A DNA stretch of 64,000 nt, taken from positions 382,850,001-382,914,000 of the forward strand of contig OZ024740.1 of NCBI GenBank assembly GCA_964016885.1, written 5' to 3'. Below are positions 1 through 15,627 of the stretch, piece after piece. The position numbers and the translations under genes are program-made. Position 1 is the stretch's first letter, and each line of letters opens with the position of its first letter. The notes below the pieces were generated by a model that did not search any database, was not told the DNA's origin, and worked only from the letters and a program-made list of their open reading frames with translations. This DNA is from Eledone cirrhosa (lineage: Eukaryota).

Positions 1-412
1 CAAAGTATTATAAAAATTGAAGCAACTCAAAGGTCAATCACAAAACAGATAGCAGGCATAACACGCATTTACTATAGGTGTCGCTTAAAAAAGTTCAAAT
101 GTTACTCTCTCTAACGCTGCCATGAGCGCTACATTGCGTGCATGATGTGGGACATTTTCCATCAGTATTGCCAAAAGGAGTTGGCATCTCCCATTACGTA
201 CATTTAAAGCTCGGTCTCCTGTGGTGTCCATCCACAAAAAACTGGCATCTCAAAATGTCTCGTTCATGAAATAATACACCGAAATACATTAAAACAGATA
301 CTGATTCGATAAAATTCCGAAGTCTTGGAACAAATGATTCTAGGAAATCCCGGATAAATCTCCTACACACCAATGTAACATTAACTCTCCGTAAACACTA
401 ACTCTCCGCTTC

Positions 413-492
<80 letters not shown>

Positions 493-568
493 GCATATAT
501 ATATATAGAGAGAGAGAGAGAGATAGATGGATAGATAGATAGAGATAGTTGTTACATTGGATGTACAT

Positions 569-1186
<618 letters not shown>

Positions 1187-1329
1187 GCAAGTTGGCACCA
1201 AAGAAAATAATGTCACAGGCAGTTCAATCATTTACATTACTTAAACTGACCTAAGAAAATTGCGAAGCATATTATTATTATATACTCTCACAACATCCGT
1301 ATATGTTAATATAATATGCATGTTTGTTT

Positions 1330-1426
<97 letters not shown>

Positions 1427-1899
1427 CACACACACGGAGATACTCACATACATATTCACACACACGTACACATGCACACACACACATATATATATTTGTG
1501 TCTGGGTGTGTTTTTATCTTTTATTCGTATTATTTTTTTGCTTAACCCTGTTTTACAGTTTCATACATATGAATCAGTGATTATATGTATATGTATAATG
1601 ATTTATAGATAGATATATAGGAAAAGAAATCAATTGATAGACAGATAGATTAATAGGTAAAATTAAAGGGATAGGGTGTAGGAAACAAATGCGAAAAATT
1701 ATTTTCTCCAGCACGAACAATACTACATTGATCGGTAAATACATTTACATTTGTTGGTTTTTGCAATTGAATTCTATTTTTTCCCGCTCACTTTGTAGAG
1801 ATGATCTTTTAGGTGTATTCAGAAAATCAATAAGGAAAGTGTATGAAAAAGTAGGTTATGTAAATACATGGATACCTATATATATATATAAAAATGTAC

Positions 1900-1932
<33 letters not shown>

Positions 1933-2234
1933 GAGTGCGTGCGTATGCGTGCGTGTGCGTTTGTGTTCGTTTGTGTTCGTTTGTGCGTGTGTGTGAATGG
2001 AGGTATATGTCTTTGATGGCTCAGAGAAACGAGTACTCAAAACCGAAGTAGATTTTTAATATTAATTTTATTAAAGTTGAATAGTGAGTGTTGTTACTCA
2101 GGAGTTCCACTTGTTTATTACAGCAACTCTTGCCTGATAACCCTGTGATAAACAGTCAAATCTCCAAGGAAACAGGATTCACAATTCAGCCGTAAAAAAA
2201 TGAATATATATATATATTTAATTGGAAAATGCAC

Positions 2235-2365
2235 CACAGACGATAATAATATACGTCTGGATCGTTCTGTCTGACGAACGACCCAGACTTATATTATTAT
2301 CGTTTGTGATCCAGAAACCTTTGGTAATGGTGTAGTTATATTTTGTGTTGATCACTCTCTAATTA
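2235..2365 (+). repeat. Hairpin with 33-bp arms (2235-2308) followed by a hammerhead 3' half
   Basis: CACAGACGATAATAATATA...TATATTATTATCGTTTGTG inverted repeat, then GAAACC-TTT-GGTA. The tail 2311-2365 is homologous to 54091-54145. Confidence 0.55.
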
Positions 2366-5119
2366 AATAGCTCTGTTCTATTCATAGAGCACTCTTTTTT
2401 CCTTTGTTTTTCCTTTAGAATTACCTAACACAGACACACACACACATATATATTTATATATATATATATATATATATACACTTCCGTACAGGATTGATAT
2501 TGTGTGCAAAATCCCAAATATTTGGCACTACAAATGTCTTATACCGAACTAATGAACTGATTTAAATGTTCTCATAATCTTCTCCAAGTACATCACGTCA
2601 ACTGAATTTGGGCCCCTGGTACTCAGTATAAACAACATTTTATGCACGTAAAACATGCATATGAACGCACCCAGAGTTTGGAAATAATATTTACTCTGAA
2701 ATTTTGTTCGACGCAGGCGTAATTTTTTAAAGTTTCATTATCGAAAAAATGTATTTAGCCTTCTTCATTCAATAAATATATAGGATAGATCATTAAGATG
2801 GTGTTCAAATTAAGGATCTATAGGGCGCTGAAAACTACTATATATTGGTACAAAGATATTTAGTTTTATGAATCGTGGTTAAATTGCTAAGAACCTCTGG
2901 CAATTACTGAATTCGCAAAGCCAGTGGGACATTCATGAAAGTGAAATATATCTCCCAAATTCACTTAAAAAAACATGCATTTACATGTCTACAACCTATA
3001 CATTTAAACATACTAAGTACATGATCTATTTTCCACGTTGATTAGGAATTCCTAAGTGTGTTGTTTCAGCAGAGTCGTTAGTGTATCAAACAAATAATTT
3101 ATTCTATTTGTCCTGGCCCTTTACATTCAAATCAGTTTAAATTACGCAGCGGTCTTCTTTGCCTTATATTGTTTCGGGGTCGGTAAGATAAACACTATCT
3201 CATTTTAAAGTAATATATCTGAATTTCATTCTAAAGTCAAATTATATATAATTATAAACATATGATTATAATGCGGTATATGAACTCTTTTTTCTCAAAT
3301 TTTATGTTGTTATTTTTTGTTTCCGTTTTATTTATTTCAATCTCAAAACGTTTATTTTTTAATGAGTTTTGTCTACCTCTAGAAATCTTGAAATGCTGAT
3401 GTAATTTATATTACTTATATTCTGATGAGTTTTCATTCATTGTTCTATCTTAATTATCATTGAAATTAACTCTTAACAGATTCGAGTGAGTCCGATGATG
3501 CAATCATCGCTTTTAATATTATATTTGAATCGTGGTGATCTGTCTTCGGATATTTCTGATATCCTCAATAGCGAAATGAGAGATGAGAGCGGTTTTCATG
3601 TAAAATCCAACAACGCATGCATATGATATTGTATGTGAATGACTGAGTAAAAGAAATGTATAAAAGAGGTCTTGGTATCGAACAACAGAATAAGACGTTT
3701 TGTCACCAATATTAGCCATGTTGTATATCAAAAAAGCTCTATTTACTCCAGAACGGATATGATACTGGTTAAAATAGAAATTTTCTAGACAAGGAATATA
3801 TATTTATTCAAATGAGTTTCAGGGTGTCATTGATTTTCAAATGCACACATCGGAATTATAGTCAATAATTAGCAATATATTTCCTTTATTATTCCTTTAG
3901 TAATTTCACGAATCAATAGATGGTATATGATGAAATATTTAGTGGTTTTAAAAAGCCATCCAAATCTACGGGTTGTAGTCTCAACTTTATAACATTTTCA
4001 GATAGAGTGATAGAAGATTGTATATTGATTTACTCACCAGTATGAGTGATAACGTTTTCTTCATAGAAATAAAGTACATGTTTTTGTTTGTCGTTTTATA
4101 TTTTTCTTGTAAATGAATTAAGAAATCGGATTACGTGGATAAGGATTAAAAACGACCTATATTTAAATCGTTTCAATAGTGTGAAAGCTGTTGATAACGA
4201 TCCAGAGTTTACGATAGTCAGAAAGACTCAAAATGTTGTAATCAAGATTGTGACCCATGTGTACGAAATACCAATTAATTCTAGCTAAGATTTAAATCAC
4301 TCACATTTTGAATTTTGTTTTTATGATTATTGGATTGTGTTTGACAATTAAAGTTTCTGCTCGGAGAACCCTCCAGAGAGGAAGCAATCATTATATTTTC
4401 AACACTTAGATATTGGCTATACTATCTTTGCAGCTTCCCTTGTTTCCTATTTTCGTTTTCTTGTTTGTTTTTTATGCATAATCTGCCTTATATATTTGAC
4501 ATTCTTATTTTTATTTCATTTTATTCTATATTCCCCTTTTTTAAATTAATTCATTTTATTATTTGTCTCACTAGCTCTTTTTGATTGGGAGCTGGATAAA
4601 TCTTCTTTAAAAGCAATGAACATTCTTATAAGGAAGCGCAATGTGAAGTTTCAAATGGAAAACCAAATTTCAAACGCATCTGAAAAAATTCAATATATCA
4701 AACTTCATCTTCATTAATGATAACGTAACTAAAACAGGGTCCTGTATGTGGTTGCAATATTGGTCCACTTGTTCGAAGATATATTTTGTACAGAATTGAA
4801 GAAGCTATGTTATAATTGTAGGAATTATACTATTGGTTTCTACCTGGAAAAATCCAAGGTAGAACTGTTAAATCAAAATCCATTATATAGACAATTTAAA
4901 ACTGTTTAATGGACCTTAACATATAATCAGGTGGTATACCTGACATATTCCATCACTACATATCTTAATATCTATAATAAGAACTAGTTCATTGATTTAG
5001 ACACTGTCTTTTTTTTTTTTTTTTGTAAAATATATATGGAAATTTCTTCTTAATAAGAGCATGGTATAAATATATGACAATTTCTAACCCATAATCATCT
5101 TTCTGATCAATCACACACT

Positions 5120-5174
5120 AATTAATCCCTTCTTCGTTTTCATCTATACGATGGAAACGAAGAAGGGATTAATT
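5120..5174. repeat. Near-perfect hairpin, 25-bp arms
   Basis: AATTAATCCCTTCTTCGTTTTCATC tatac GATGGAAACGAAGAAGGGATTAATT. Confidence 0.85.
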
Positions 5175-5382
5175 GAGAAGTTTATTTTTCACGGCAATTC
5201 ACTCATGTAACAATCGAGGCCCTACAGTTTAGGTTGTCTCACTTTTGACAGTATATGGTGCCGAAACAAGTTTGAAATGAAAATGATATCTAAAATGAAT
5301 TGCACTTACACAATATATAAACTGGCAAGTATTTTGTCGGTCAAGAGTATTGAACATTAGTGTAGCAAGAATTAACCTTACA

Positions 5383-5567
5383 AATAATTGTTTCTACTTT
5401 TGGAACAAGACCAGCAATTATCCCAGGGCTTTACTGGTACTTTATTTTATCGAGCCCGTAAGGATGAAAGGCAAAGTTAACATCGGCGGGATTTGAAATC
5501 AGATCATAAAGGGCCGTAATTATATGGTGTAAAGCATGATGTCTGAGGCTCTGCCGATACTGCCAAC
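5383..5567 (-). mobile_element. tRNA-derived SINE (family A)
   Basis: Reverse complement of the copy at 15628; shares TACTGGTACTTTATTTTATCGA...AAGGATGAAAGGCAAAGTTAAC. Confidence 0.85.
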
Positions 5568-5727
5568 AAATAATGCCTGCATAATTGGGTTAAAGTAAAC
5601 TTATTCAGTTATATAAACGAACATTCATTAATTCATACATCATTGATTTTCCTATCCAAACAATTATAGAAGCATTTAATATATTTTATCAAATATTATT
5701 TACATGTAAATTATATAGTATATATAT

Positions 5728-5872
<145 letters not shown>

Positions 5873-7747
5873 GTGTATAATATTGCCGGTTTGTCCTTTT
5901 TATCTCAAACTGCGTATAATTTATATTGCATGCCTTCATATAAATAATTTCAGCTCTTATGATAAGTTTTGTGGATGAATAAATTCCTAATTTCAGTAAT
6001 GTTATTTTAATTATTTATGAAACTGAGGAATGTTACGCTCAATTACCTTCTAAAGAAACTATTGTAGCCAAACATTAAATAAAACACAGCAAAACTATGG
6101 GTTTTTAGTGTCCTTCATTTGTGTATGTTCCAATAAACAAGTGAAGTGGTAAATTTCGACGTTATGTATATGTTTCATTTGAGATATCTTGAAGCGCTAT
6201 ACAATAAAAGCTGGAATTAGTAGACTTTGGTTTATGTTAACTTTTTATATAATTAGTTAAGAGACTCGATATATGAATTTGGAGAATTTAATATTATATA
6301 ACTTTTATCGCTTTCTATAAGCCTTTGGAGATGTTACTATAATGAAGTATATACAGACATAATTTAAAATCGTATAGTGTCATTCAGGTTCGTTGAATAT
6401 TTAATTTATTATACATATTTAAATTTAATCAAGTTTCGGGGGTTGTCGATGCGCAGATGGCGCGATGATTCTTGTTCTGGTATTGGAACAACATTTTATT
6501 ACATTATAACGTGTGGTAGATTTAGACATTTTGAGAACGTGATGTAAGTAACACTTGAAGGCCGATCTTATGTAACGTATGGCTATTTGCCCATTGATTG
6601 CCCAAGACGCTTATAACATCATGACTATGTTCACATAGATCTCAATAGATGCTATAAAATGTTATAACTTAAAGCAAAGTCAGAATAATGTTTGTAAAAT
6701 TGTGGAGTTGTTTTTCGCTGCAGTTGATTTTTTTCCAAATAGGGAGATCGAATAACAACAGCAAGAATGCAATATTAGTAGATAGAGAATGTTGTCTCAC
6801 TAATAAATGATACTACAACAGGTGTAGGCAACCTCCAAGTAATATGCTGTCATACTTGTGTCACCTATCCTCCGATATGTGTCACTAGGTCCCAAATAAC
6901 ACGATGCAATTCATCAATGAGTCTCCGTCTAAGCCGATATCGAAAGATTCTAGGGATTTCAGCGTTAAACATCTAGTCCTCCCATGGAAGAAAAACATTT
7001 AAGTCTAGGCGCTGTGAATTTGGTTTTCTTAAGCTTTGTCAGTCTACTTGCTTGTCGATATATAATGGATACCCATCAATACACGGCATTCTTCAGTGTG
7101 TGGTGTATGGATAATGCATCTATGAGCAAGCCTATCAATATTATATGTATGATCGTCCTCAGTAACGGTGAAGATCAGCCTTGGAGATCGAGTCGTCTAA
7201 GTCGGAGGTTGGAGACGATACAGAGAGTGTTGTGTCCTCCCTCAGGAAGTTTGATCGATATTATATCTGGTGCCCGTGACACCTGAAGAATATGTTGTCA
7301 CGGTTCTGTCACCCATCCTCTTGCATGCATGGGATCGATCTGAAGTTCAAACCTCATCAACACTAGCCACTGAATTGAAATTATGTGTTGGCAAATTAAC
7401 TAATTCATAGAAAATATCTTATCGTATAGTTATGAATGATGAATATATAAGGGTTGCTTTCTTGCCGATTATAGCCGTAATAAACAACATACCTCTTTTT
7501 ATAATATATATTTGGGATACATGAATTTAATCTTAAACTAAGTCGGGTATAGTTTTAGTAGTAGATCTATACATGAGTTTTTTAAAATATTTATATGCAT
7601 AGATCCCTTTTAGTGACCCGTACATATTTTAATATGCACATATAACATAGCTCACTATCGAAGTTATAATAAATACAATTAGTCATTCACTGAATGCATT
7701 ATTCTATATTTGCGTATGTTTCATGTACTATTTTGTCAAAACAAGTC

Positions 7748-7835
<88 letters not shown>

Positions 7836-8730
7836 ATGTGTGTGTGTGTCTGCGTGTGTGTGTGGGTGTGTGTGTACGTGTGTGTGTGAGTGTCTCCGTG
7901 AACTTGTAGATTAATATCTAAATAGACATGTTTATGTAAGTATCTGTGCATTACAGTTGAAGAGACATTGGATGGCTTGTTGGAATATCTGTCCTGATGT
8001 GAAGAGTAACATAACACCTGGCACCATTTGACTCTGACCTGAAAATGTCTGTCGCAATCTAACCGAAATACACTAGTTTCCCCACATTGTCATAATATGA
8101 TTTTCCGCTCGAATCATTTCTTCGCTGCAAAGTATATTAAAACATGAAGAATTCTGAATGATCAGCTCTTCGCTTTTTCACATCCATTCATCTCTGCATC
8201 TATCTATCTATTTATCTATCAATCTCCTATCTGTCCGTTTGTCTGTCTGCCTGTCTTTCTATCTCCTTATTTGTTTATCTATCTATATATTTATCGATCC
8301 ATCCCAATATATATGTATACATACAAACATACATACCTCACTACATTTGACGACATGAAGTCTACATATCAAAACTGATCAAGGAATCCTTCCACCTCTA
8401 CACCTCCCTCCATCTCAGCTTGTCACTCTACTTCCTAACTCTTCTCCCCCTTCCTCTCTCTCTATACTATTCCGTTTCTCCCCTCACCTTCTAAATCCTC
8501 TTCCTCTCTCTCTATACTAGTAAATACAATTCAAAAAAATATTTTTCTCTATATATTAAGAACTATTTCAAGAGTAACTTACTCACTATTTTTAAAATTT
8601 GGACGTGAACAACAATTATAATTGAGTGGCTGCTATTTGCAGTATAGCAATGTAAGTTTGCACCAATGAAACGCTCGTAAATACCTGGATAAAATCCTTC
8701 TCTTAATGCTTGCCTGTGTTTTCTCTTTTA

Positions 8731-8800
<70 letters not shown>

Positions 8801-8817
8801 TGTATATATAATATATG

Positions 8818-9465
8818 TAATCTGAGTTTTTCGAATATTAATAATAATATTCGAGTCGTTTGCAATTATACAAACAAGCTTCATTATTAAAGCCATGTCA
8901 GTAGAATGAGCTCCCCGTTCTTGCTCTCATGTAAACATAACTGCAGACACTAATGTTTCTGGGTATCACCCTTCACCAGTACAGTTCACTGTTCACCTGA
9001 CAACTGTCAGAGGTAGTGAAAATATATATTTTCTAAAATATAGAGTGACTGATCGGCCTGATTTTCATATTAGCAGACTGGCGGATCAGTCAGATCTGCA
9101 TATTAGCAGATCCACTGATCAGCCAGATTTGCATATCAGCAGACTGACCAGTCGGTTTCCTGTATACAAGCGATCATTGACCAGCTTTGCCATATTCAAA
9201 TAATATAAAAAACGTTCGCTCTACATTGCTGAATACAATAAATGTAATCTGAGTTTTTCGAATACTAATAATAATATTTGATTCGTTTGCCATTATGCAA
9301 AGAAGACTCATTTTTAAAGCCATGTCAGTAGAATGAGCCCCGCATTCTTGCTCTTGTGTTGGTATGTAAACAGAACTGCAGACACTAACGTTACTGCATA
9401 ATTGCAAACGCATCATATAAAAACTCAGCTTACATTTATTTTACTTAGCCATGTAGAGCGAAAAT
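8818..9465. repeat. Decayed partial-tandem plus short inverted repeat element next to (TA)n
   Basis: 8818-8960 is repeated at 9245-9395; 9418-9462 is the reverse complement of about 9215-9260. Confidence 0.7.
9047..9155. repeat. Short minisatellite, about 3.5 copies of a 29-33 bp unit
   Basis: Recurrent GACTGATC-GYCAGAT-TGCATATTAGCA. Confidence 0.6.
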
Positions 9466-9659
9466 TGTGTTTTTGTGTGTGTGTGTGTGTGTGTGTGTGG
9501 GTGCGTATGTGTGTGTTTCTGTCTCTGTGTGTGTGTGTATGTGTTTTTATGTGTGTGTGTGTGTGTGTATTTCAAAGTGAACGAGATATCGTTTTCGGGT
9601 ACATTAGGATTATTTCATTGTACGGTAGCACTTGGCTCGTAATTAGTAGTTCTTGGAGT

Positions 9660-9853
9660 AATAATTGTTTCTACTTTTAGCCCAAGGCCAGCAATTATCC
9701 CAGTGCATTACTGGTACTTTATTTTATCGACCCCGTAAGGATGAAAGGCAAAGTTAACCTCGGTGGGATTTGATTTCAGAATGGAAAGGGCCGTAAATCT
9801 ATGCGTCAAAGCATGGCGTCCGACCTTCTACCGATATTGCCAATGCCCCGCCC
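9660..9853 (-). mobile_element. tRNA-derived SINE (family A)
   Basis: Full-length reverse-complement match to 15628-15819. Confidence 0.9.
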
Positions 9854-10633
9854 TTTGCCAATCCCCCTGGAGTAATAATATCAGGTAAAAAGAGGATTAA
9901 CATCGATAAGCAATATGCTAGGGTTTATTCCAAGCATTGACATATGTTTCATTGCCTAATTATCAATTGATCCTTGTCTTGAAACAGCTATCATCAATGA
10001 TCGATTGACGATTGTCAAATTCCATTTTAAATACATAGAATAATATAGCTACCAGGTGAATTTTCAAAATACTGATCAGTATAAGGCAATGAAACATATG
10101 TCAATGCTTGCAATAAACTGTACTATATTGATTATCCCAATTAATCATTTTATTAACTGCTATGAATGTATATATGTATATATATCCCACGCTCACCATA
10201 GCAGTTCGCAGGCTCATCGCCAGCTTTTGCGGCATAAGATGTAAACTGCAATATATTTTTCGAAAGTCCTCTGTTCCTATACACCCCTTATCCTTATTCA
10301 TCTCACGTCAGCAATACCTTTTTTCCTGTATTTAGTATATAGTTGGTTTATAGTTGATGCTTTCGACATTACACTCATAGCAATCCATTTCCTGTTGCTT
10401 CAGCAGTCAAATTTTCTCTCATTTTTTGGTGTATTTGTGATCTTTCTCCCAGTCTCAGAAACGTGGGTCTGTATATAAAACTTTGTGTATGGTTTCATTA
10501 GCCACGGTATTTGCATACAGCCCTACTGATTTATGAGTTTTTGAGGTTTTCTTCGATCTAGGTACTTATTTCTCGATCTAAGTAGCTATCAGTCAGGCCA
10601 TACACGCACACGCCCACGCGTCTCTCTCTTCCT

Positions 10634-10721
<88 letters not shown>

Positions 10722-11334
10722 GATATATATATATATATATGTATATATATGTGTGTGTGTTTCCACGTAGATGCCAATCGATCTGTAAGTTCGCTAGTCA
10801 GTTAAGATGCATATATTGATATGAAACATTTATTTTCTGCTCCATCGAGAGCTGTCTTAATATGTTTTGCCTATACGATGAGAATGCGTGATGTGAAATA
10901 CAATAATGTTCGCGAGGTGTGTTTATCTGTCTGATTATACATGAGTCTCTTCCCATCTCCATCTTTTTTCATCTCTCTCTATATTTCTGTTTGACCATCC
11001 ATATCAATGTGTTGGCTTGAGACAAACTTACATGAGGATTTCATGTATGACACACAGACAACTATATATTAGAAACGATTATTGAATTTAAATGCCTGTC
11101 TCTTTATCTGTCTATTCACCTGTCTCAAATAAACATACGCGCACACACACATACACATACATAGACACACACAAATACACAATCACATACAAAGATAGAC
11201 ACACACACACACAGATATATATATATATATTTTTATAAAGAGAGAGAGGGGGCGGGTGGAGAATGGGCGAACACAATTTATCGATTCTCAAATATATTAA
11301 TTCAATAAGAGCACATTTATATTCAAACTCTCTC

Positions 11335-11368
<34 letters not shown>

Positions 11369-11619
11369 AGACACACACTCATGCACACACACACGCACGC
11401 GCACACACGCACACAAACACACAAACAAAAACACAAACACAAACACACGCACACACACATTCTCAATGGTTAACTATTGCAGTAAGTGTTTTGTAGTATG
11501 TATATGTCACGCTTAACATCAAATCTCTTCGTCATATTTATACTTAATTAGATATGCATGTCTATATGTATAATTGTAATATATATGTAAAACACAAAAT
11601 ACAAAACACAAAACACAAT

Positions 11620-12430
11620 AGAACCCTCTGTGTTCAGAGAAAGTGAGGCCACCCCTGAGACATGGGTCCGACTGGGACTTAGCCCAGTAGACGTCTCTCC
11701 TCCTTCTCCCCCTGCTGACGTCAAATCCCCCCAAAGCACTTGGGATGCCATCCAGTGCAGCCTGGCTTCAGTCAGGCTCCCGCGCCAGATTGACCAGCAC
11801 TGCCTTGCCTGTTTTCGTGCGGCCTCCAAACCCCACAGTGGTGCCTGGTTCCATGCCCTGCTCTCCTTCTCCACTGGCACGCAGCAAGAAAAACAATAGC
11901 CTGCGCATCGGCGTTTCCTTGAGGCTCAGCCTCCGGATCTGCGAGCCACACCAATGTCGCTGTGAATCCACCGTAGACTCTTTCGACCTCTACCCGCTTT
12001 CCTGTCGCCACAGTGCCTGGCGCCTTCCACACCATGCTGCCCTCAACGAGGTCATAAAGCTTGGCTTGGACGCTGCAGGCTTCCCTTCCCAGCTCGAGAC
12101 GGTGGAGTTGAACCGAGGGAACGACAAAAGGCCAGATAGCATGACCATCTTCCCGTTCCGCGGTGGTAAACCCCTCGACCGGGATCCCATTTGCACCGAC
12201 GCGTTCTCCAGCAGCAACCTGGTGCAGTCTGCGACTAACCCAGGTTCTGCTGTACTTCAGGCTGAGGAGGCCAAACTCTTCAAATACCGGTCGCTCTCCG
12301 ACAGGTGTGTGGTTCTACCCTAGGCAGTGGAGACTGCTGGTTTCCTCGGCTCTAGAGCTACCTCCCTACTAACCACCATAGGCGCTGAGCTTGCCAGCCA
12401 CAGGGGAAATGCCTTCTCTATTGTGTATGT
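11620..12430 (+). mobile_element. 3' fragment of a CRE-like non-LTR retrotransposon (zinc knuckle + restriction-like endonuclease), decayed
   Basis: Frameshifted peptides AASKPHSGAWFHAL, CEPHQCRC...PLSC, HAALNEVI, KRPD, AEEAKLFKY, AVETAG, RGNAFSI match the RLE motif order; GC-rich island. Confidence 0.8.
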
Positions 12431-12929
12431 AGGGAGATAAGCCGATTATATTACGAATTCTGTTAAATAGTCTTAAATACTTTAATACTTTGGATAAATT
12501 ATATGAATGTAAACTTATAGTGGAGACCGCTTGAGATTTTCAATTGTATCTGAACTTTCACTATTGTCATTTTCTTCAACCACCTTACGTTAGTTAAATA
12601 AACACCACTTTAATAAGATACTATATTCAAGGTATTCTTACCCCAACGTTGCTATATATATATGCATAAAACTACGTGTGTGCATACAAATATGCCATTG
12701 AAACTAACAATTTACCTGTTATTATTGTGTTTTAGTTAACGTTTATAAAACACAAATATATATATATGAAAATTAGGATTGGTGCTCTGAAATAGCGATG
12801 TATACATATATTAATAGTATATTTGGCAATATACTGTATGCTTAATTAAAAACATTTTGAATACCTTGCGCTATTATTTTAAAGTAGTGACTATGTCACT
12901 TACTTCTTTTTTCAACAAACGAAGGAAGA

Positions 12930-12979
12930 TAAGCTGACAGATCTATCTGTTTCACACTGTTGGTGATCATCAGAGCTTA
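12930..12979 (-). ncRNA. Type I hammerhead ribozyme motif, intact core
   Basis: Minus strand TAAGCT-CTGATGA-TCAC caaca GTGT-GAA-ACAGAT ag ATCTGT-C-AGCTTA: 6-bp stem I, GUC triplet, one mismatch closing stem II. Confidence 0.8.
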
Positions 12980-15627
12980 GCACTCGCCGACGTTTATTGA
13001 AAATTTTAATAGGGTGGATTTTTATAGAATTCCAGTAATAATAAGGAACATCTTTATATATGTCGGGATTTGAGAGCTAGTTAAAACCCTACGCCGCATA
13101 GTGTGAGAAAATGGTTGCAACATTCCGGGCAGATAGTCATAGGACTGGACGTCGTAACCGCTGGAAAGATGTTCAAATGCTAGTCAAATTTTAAGCAACC
13201 CAACAAATTAATAATTTGGAGCAGTTATATATACTGTAAATTTTAATTGCGAAATATAACCATCATACATATTATATATGCTATGATACCCTAACGCCAT
13301 GATACCCATATCCTATGATACCCTAACATAACATACACACATGCATACATACAGCGGGTGTGTATGTATTTTCTCTCTTAATTTTGAGTTTATGTTTGAC
13401 GGGTCAACTTCCTGGCGACAAGGCTCTAAAGGAAAGAACATTTTCTTCGCCGCCTGTGTTGGTGTTCATCATTCGAATTATAAGAATGCCTTACATATTT
13501 TGAAGATTCCAGATATTGCAGCCATTTGGTGGAGGTGTGGAAAATAATGCGGCCTAGTCAATGGACTCTCACATCATTTGAAATTAGCTCAACAGATCAA
13601 ACACAGAACCGTCGGAGAAACGTTCATCACTACAGCATATACAGAAAGGAATATAAGTCCTTCGGAGGGCTAATGAGTCATGTTCGGCCGTCCATGTGTG
13701 AATAAAGAATCAAGTAATGGCAATTCTTGGAATAAAGATGCAGCCATAAGTTATTTATTAATGTATTGTTGTATGTATGTATGCATGGGTATATGTATGT
13801 TTGTATGTGTATATATATGTATGCCATCCATGTATGTATGTATGTGTGTAGGAGTATATATATATTGATCGACATATTCGACTGAAAATGCCTCAAAACT
13901 CAAATAACCTCTATTCCTGTTAAAATAATGAGTTTCCTTTATTTACTGACGATAGGGGTTTGAACTTTTCACAACTTTTGCTCTCCAGACTCATAGAATA
14001 TTTTATGAAATATGTTATAAAATATGTTCAGAAATCTTTCTTCGTTCTTATCTGTTGATATACACTTACATAAATAGACCATAGCTTGATAAGAAACCAG
14101 AAATTTAAATAGTCTATTTAACATAACGGAACTATTAAACGGAAGTTAGCATACACTCACAAAGACACTAACGAATAAAAACTTGCAAACAAATATGTAC
14201 ACATTACATATATATGTATCTATTAATATGTTTGTGCTTTTGTATTACATTGGTAACACTGACGTTAACGTAATAATAGGTGTTTTTCTTTCCTGGGACA
14301 TTCCTAAATTCATTGTTATACATATTGACATATCGTCTTTCTACACTGGGGTTAGTAACAAATGAGTTCAGTCGTAAAGCATGCCTAATTTACTGGATAT
14401 AGAAAAGATGAATATCAAATATAATTTAGAAATAATTATAATTTCTTTTATCAGATATTGCCTTTATTAGAGATAGTAGACTTTTCTAAAATCGATAGAA
14501 GACCACGACCTTTCTATTCAATGGTTTAACAATAATGATTCTATGCAATAATTCAACAAGAGAGAAGTGCACTCGATATTATCAATTTATACCCGAATAA
14601 TTTTACTTTGTCATGTAACTCGGATGCATGCAATACAAAATTGGTATCGGCCAAATGTAGCAGAAAAGAAGCGTAACATCATTACTTAAAGAATTATATC
14701 GAATGATCTAACCGGAAAATTCCTCAGTTTGTCAATAATACTACTAATTATAATCATACAATGGGAAAATTGAGTGAAATTGTTGGAATAATTTTCACAA
14801 ATAATGAAGAATAGTAAATTTATTGAATATAATTTATTTATTATTAATACTATTTTTTGCCACCGGGGTTCTCTTTGCTTTCGAGTTTTGTTTGTTTCCT
14901 CTCAGAGGTAGATAGACTGAACAATTGTTTGTTATTTTCGACCGCCTTACAAAACATCTGGATACTCCATACCACCATCGTATACCTGACACTAAACTTC
15001 ATTAACACTTATGAATAACGAGTTCCATATCACATTTAATTAAAGGCCATTTGACCTCCAATATGTAAACGATAGCGTATGTGTTTTGCGAAGTACTGAC
15101 AATCTGATAGTAAAGTAGACAGTTTTTGGCGTCCCCAAACTGAAGGTTACATTGCCACTTCTCATTTTTTTCTAAACCTGTATTTAACGCGTCCAAATGT
15201 AGGATATTTTGGTGTGTGTCAAATTTAGTCATGGATCTCTTTGAAACATTGAGTTCTGTATTAAAATTTGAGTATATTCAAAGAATAAATCACAAAGTAC
15301 CCTGAACTTTTATTTAAACTCGATTTACCGCTTTTGGTATTTATTTGTAAACCACTGAACTTCCTGATTTGTACTGGATGTTTTCCACTACGTCACTGTC
15401 AATTCTAGTTTTATTACTGCTCTCATCATCCAATCTCTTTCTCTTTCTCACTCTCTTTCTCGTTCACTCCCTCTCTCTCATTTTCTCCTTCTCTCTGCTC
15501 TTAAAGTCGTTGCTATTGATATTTTTGCTGATATTACTGGTGTTATTCTCACAGCTTTTTGCTGGTATCAATCATGTCAATATTGTAGCTACTATTGCTG
15601 CAATAGCTTCACATTATAACTATTACT

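Noticed and set aside
3420-3492. CTGATGAG hammerhead candidate
   Set aside because: No GAAA at the end of a plausible stem II; too eroded to call.
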